Shown in pieces: positions 59,173-64,000 of a stretch of 64,000 nt of DNA. The notes beneath the pieces were generated by a model. The model was given only the letters and a program-made list of their open reading frames with translations. It ran no database searches and was not told the DNA's origin. The stretch covers positions 13,826,001-13,890,000 of the forward strand of contig JBHGNT010000002.1 of the NCBI GenBank assembly GCA_043228905.1, written 5' to 3'. This DNA is from Azolla caroliniana (lineage: Eukaryota; Plantae; Polypodiophyta). The translations under genes and the position numbers were made by a program. The first letter of the stretch is position 1. Each line of letters opens with the position of its first letter.

Positions 59173-62165
59173 CCGGTGAGAATATCTCGTCGTAGTAGAT
59201 CTCATGTTCTTGTTTAAACCCTTTTGCGAGAAGTCGAGCTTTGTACTTGGGTTTCTCGGAGTCAGATACATATTTGTAGTGGAAAACCCATTTACAAGGT
59301 AGTGGCATTCTCCCAACTGGTAGTTCGACCAGCTACCATGTCTGATTCCTGTGAATCGAGTCCATTTCAGCTTTCATGGCTTGTAGCCATGTGTCGGCGT
59401 CTTGTGCGTCCATAGCTTCTTCATATGTGCTTGGTTCGCATGCATCGATGTAATGGACGTAGTCGAGGCCCGGTTGATGCAACTTTATCTGCATTCGAGC
59501 TCGTCCAGATCTCTTCAGTGCCAAAATAAATGGTTTGGATTCTTCGATCGAAATATTTGTTGACCCATTTGTGTTAGGAGTCATGTTAGATGACCCCCCA
59601 AGTTGGGATTTCGGTGGTGTCACGTTGTCCTCCCCTATGGATTTTTTCGTCTCGGTTCTGTTTCCAGCTTTGTTCCACTCTTGTTGACTCTGCCTTGTTC
59701 GACTCTTGTCGAATTAGCTTTGTCTTTGATGGCTTTGTCTTCAACTTCGACTAGTGGACCTCCTACCGATTCGGAGTCGTTGTCGACTTGTTCAAGTTTG
59801 ACTGTGTGTCGAGTCTCTGAGTCAGCCCGGTGGGTCGGTCCTTCTACGACAACTCTGTCATCTTTGAAGGATACCTTTTTACCAACTATTTTCTGATGGT
59901 TCCGTTGAGAGAAGATAGAGTCTTCATTGAAGACTACGTCACTACTCCAGATCAGTTTCCAGTTCTCAGGGTCCCATAGCCTGTAGCCGAAGACCCCGTC
60001 AGTTCCATAACCGAGAAATATGCACGTCATCGTGCCAACTTGGTCCTTTTCTCCCTGGGGATGAACACGTAGGCTTCACATCCGAATATACGGAGTCTGT
60101 CGCAGGTCTGTTGTTTGCCTGACAATATTGCATGTGACACTTCGAGCCTGATTGCTTTCGAGGAAGAAAGATTTACCTCGGCCGAGAACTCCAACTTTAG
60201 TTTAGTTTGTTGGAGCATTGTTGTCACCCTCCCCTGGATCCATTCTGCCACTCCATTCTGCATGAGTGTTTGATGTTGGATCCCTTTGTCGGACAGGTCC
60301 TGTTTGAAGGCTCTGGAGGTGTACTCAACTATGTTGTCTGATCGGAGTGTCTTCACCCTATATCCCGACTGATTCTCCACTTCAGATATCCACCGAGTGA
60401 AGACCTTGATTGCTTCCTCTTTGAACCTGATGGAGTAGGCCCAGACCTTCCGTGTATAGTCATCTACAAAAGTGATGAAGTACTAGGAGCCTCCTACTGA
60501 TCACTCTAGCATGGGCCCACGTATATCTGTGTGCACGAGCTCTAGGGGTTGTTGTGCCATCTCGTAATGGAGAGAGTGTAGATTTCGGGTCTATTTCCCA
60601 TATCGACAATGCTCGCAGAAGTCCTTCTTTGCTTGGAGTTTAGGGATGTCGCTGATCGAGTCTAGCTTGAGACATAATGGCTAAGTCGGTCATGCCATAA
60701 GTTCGGGTCGGTCTTTTCAGCTACATTCAAGACCCCGTTTTGATTGATTGCCATCATTGGGCACAAGTTGTTGTACTTGTGCCTGCTTCCAATCTTCAAG
60801 TTTCCACGGTTGATCATCCATGTTGACTCATTGAGAGTCGTTCGGTACCCATCTTCGGCTAACATGCCGATGGACATCAGACTCCTTTTCAGATCAGGTA
60901 TATGCCGGACTTGGTGCAAGTTGATCATGTTGTCATTTGGCAATCGGATGGGAACCTCTCCGGTCCCTACGATTCAACACTCCTGCCCGTTGCCTACTCG
61001 GACTGTGTCTCTAGCATCGATTGAATAGTTCAAAAACCATTTGTTGTTTGGGATCACGTGGAACGTTGCACCGGAGTCCAGTTGCCATGTGTGTGCATCT
61101 TGTGCACTGTAGAGGACTTATCTGATCATTGAATCCTCTAAGGAGAGAATTTCTCCTCATCAAGTGTCAGCAATGTTGATTTGGCTGCCGATTGGAGAGT
61201 GGTCCGAATCGGGCCGTCCTCGATTCTGCTATGGTGTCGACCGACTTGGTTCGACTATGGTGTCGATCGATTCTGTCGGCTTGTTCTCTTCATCGACTCA
61301 ATCGGTCGACCGACTCAGTCGAGTGGCGGGCTTCTGCCGATTCTTCGATGGTGAGTCCCATCGATTTTCACCGAATGTCCTCAGTGAGGACTTGGCCGAT
61401 CGTCTCATCCAAGTTTAGGATTGGTCGACTATTGGCGTACGTCGTGTGGAATACCTCCCAACTCACTGGCAAGCTCCATAGGAGGGCAAGAGCTTTGACT
61501 TCTTCTTCAAAGTTGATCCCTTGTGAGGAGAGTTCTGAGAACACTCGATTGAAGGTGTTGATGTGGGAGGTAGTCAAATCGGTTTCTCTCATCGTCATGT
61601 TGAATAGTTGTTTGATCAAAATCAGTTTTGAAGATGAGGACTTTTTCTCGTACACGTCTTGTAGCTTCTCCCACAATGAGAATGTTGTCGTCTCTTTTGC
61701 CATGCTGAAGTAGACATTTTCGGCCAGATGCATTTGGATGGTGGAGCATGCGATTTCGTGTGTAGATCTCCACTCTTCGGTTGTCATCGAGGCTGTCATC
61801 GACTCCTGTTCAGGATGTTGAAGCCATGTTCTTCTTTGTAAGTGAGATTTTACTGACCTGGTCTTTTTCCTTTCAGCTTTTTCTACTGCTTGTTGTTGCC
61901 GAATTGCAAGTCGCTCTGATACCAGTTGTTGATCGAATATGTGTGGAAACGTATGTGTGTGTATATGAGGACCTTTCGTATGTGTTCAGCAAACTACAAA
62001 GAATAGAGGCAAGAAGATATAACAGAAGATAGACACGATTTAAGCTTTAATGGAAGCTGTATTATTGCATTTGTTCTCTCTTTCTCTAAGATCGCTATAC
62101 ACGATGATCAAGAAGTTCTTCTTTTACAATGTTAGGCTATTGCTTATATACTAAGCCCTAACTCT
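59173..62165 (-). mobile_element. 5' half of a degenerate Tork/Tnt1-like copia: partial LTR from 61927, PBS-Met 61913-61924, gag to RT start
   Basis: TGGTATCAGAGC PBS; gag LWEKLQDVYEKKS; WQLDSGATFH; CIFLGYG; YKARLLAKGF. The LTR outer end is not resolved. Confidence 0.85.
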
Positions 62166-62169
62166 TTTG

Positions 62170-62420
62170 GACGAGTTCACATTAGGATACAAATTGGAAG
62201 GAGTTGGCCTTTTATGCCAACAATTGGTATCCAACTCTTGCTCAATGTGTTTGGATGGAGATGAATTGGGTTCATACCATGATGACGATTCGTCAAAGAA
62301 AACATCCCAACTCACATCAATCTTTTGGGTAGTTGCTCGATTGAGTATCCCATGAGAATGCATTTTTCCAATTTCAAATCGAGCTTTTGCCTTTTCTCAT
62401 CGGCAATCTACACGAATGTA
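62170..62420 (-). pseudogene. Short copia integrase C-terminal fragment
   Basis: Remnants of KRQKLD..EKCILMGYS and VSWDVFFDESSSWY. Confidence 0.6.
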
Positions 62421-63139
62421 ATAAAAAACTTGAAGTTGAACTGAACCAAACCAAACCTTTGAGCCGTTAAGCCGTGGTTCAATTCAAACCGTTGTCAATT
62501 GTTATTCATCTCTATTGACTTTCATGTATAGTTTCTCCTTGTCTCTATAAGGCCTCCCTTTCAACTTTCTTTGTACTAGACCATCTATTGCTTTCCTTAT
62601 GTTTTTTTTGTTTGACTAGAGATTTTGACACCCTTGGATGATAGTATTTCCAATAGAAACCAATTATTAATCTTATGATGCCTTTCATTTAATTTTCTTA
62701 TAGCTTGCTTTAACATATTAATAATAGCTTCTCTAGTTTGTCTGACACGACATTTTTTTGAAGTTCAAGAAATTTCGTTTGTCATGAATCACAATACTTT
62801 CAACTATTTGATGGTTCCCATTCGAAATAGACAAAGCTTCTTGCCAAGATCTTACCAACTCCTTACCACATACAGAGTGTTGAACCTAATAGGAGTGCAC
62901 TCAATTAGAAATTGTTACCATGATGCCTTAATATTAGTTCCTCTATGCACCAATGCTTTCGCAATAAAATGTTGCATTATAAATAACCATGGCTGCTTTT
63001 CTCAACACATCCCACAATAATAATAATAATAATAAATATTCATACTCAACATTGGTGAACGCCCTAGTTCATTGGGAGTAGTTGAAAATTGCCACATTGC
63101 TTGTATTGCCATCTTTGTTTTTGGAAGTTATTAGAGACA

Positions 63140-63584
63140 TGTACTAAAGTAAGCATTAGATAAGGATAGATCTAGGTAGATAGAAAGAAAGGAGAGAGAG
63201 AAAGAAGGGTGCCGATCCACCCGACCACCCCCGAACGAAGGGATCGAGACAAACTTGAGCCTCGATCGGCGTCCCATACCACCATCGTAGCGTCAAGTCG
63301 TACCTGGTGCTGGCGCGCTTGCTACAAGAGTTGACCCACCACAAGACAGATCTCGACGTAGTCAACAAGATAGTCAAATGAGGGTAGCTAGGCCTCTTAT
63401 TTATAGTGATACCCAAGGCCCCCGAACCAGTTCACACTTGGCCTAATGGGTTGTCTCAATCCCGAGGATTTAAAAGTAATCCTCCCCTTCTTTACACTCT
63501 CGTTTAACCCTCACACTTATCCACGTGTATAGAATACTACGGTAAATTCTCACCACGGGATATTATATGGTTATGCTCGTAACA
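63140..63584 (-). repeat. 3' LTR of a chromovirus
   Basis: On the minus strand the PPT AAAGAGGGGGAG is followed by TA and then TGTTACG at 63584. TATAAATA at ~63398-63405. The left boundary is inferred. Confidence 0.65.
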
Positions 63585-64000
63585 TACTCCCCCTCTTTAA
63601 AACATTGCACTCTTGTAATGGAAAGTTAGGGAAGTTAGTTCTGAAAGTATTCTCGCGTTCCCATGTGGCATCTTTTATTGATTTATCCATCCATTTTATT
63701 TTAAATTCTGGGATTTCTTTAGAACGTAATTTTTTTGTTTTAACATCGAGAATTCTTTCTGGTACATGTGGTTTAGAAGATACATCTTCAGAAGTAACCA
63801 GAGTTTCAGTTGTAACTGTATTGTCACCAAAACCTAGAAGTTCTTTTAGACAACTCACATGAAAAACTAGATTAATTCCAACACCATCGGGAAGAGCGAG
63901 ACGATAGGCTGATGACCCAATGCGTTTGAGGACTGTAAAAGGTCCACAAAACCGTGGGGCTAACGTAGCGCACTTATCCGTAGACAATGTCTTAGAATTG
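63571..64000 (-). pseudogene. Chromovirus integrase C-terminus with GPF motif and chromodomain (runs off the window)
   Basis: LAPRFCGPF...VFHVSCLK...PERILD...FKIKW...DATWE. Confidence 0.9.

Noticed and set aside
62430-63139. AT-rich segment as a possible host exon or DNA-transposon remnant (AACC-rich motif at 62440-62490)
   Set aside because: No recognisable protein motif, terminal inverted repeat pair or TSD.

Overview
The whole 64 kb is a nested pile of plant LTR retrotransposons. I see no host gene, rRNA, complete tRNA gene or CRISPR array. The lineage mix suggests a non-seed land plant (inference): Tnt1/Tork-like and other Ty1/copia, Athila-related non-chromovirus Ty3/gypsy, a fungal-type gypsy primed by tRNA-Trp, and a chromovirus. 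Four elements are structurally complete with paired LTRs and target-site duplications (TSDs). They are a Tnt1-like copia at 16724-27805, a sister copy nested in its gag at 17876-23555, a tRNA-Trp gypsy at 39496-46573 with open ORFs and a predicted -1 frameshift pseudoknot, and a minus-strand gypsy at 48579-58432. The most striking feature is in the 48579-58432 element. It has an ordinary tRNA-Arg-type primer binding site (PBS) after its 5' LTR. In place of a polypurine tract (PPT) before the 3' LTR it has a second, inverted tRNA-Arg match (49000-49037) that ends in CCA exactly 2 nt from the LTR. This suggests tRNA priming of both cDNA strands. The same element carries a ~890-codon extra 3' ORF. 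Other points of note: antisense tRNA-like (Pol III A/B-box) cassettes in several gypsy LTRs, a gag-only non-autonomous derivative, and a conserved post-RNase H extension in one copia family. Clade names and tRNA identities come from recalled motifs, not database searches.
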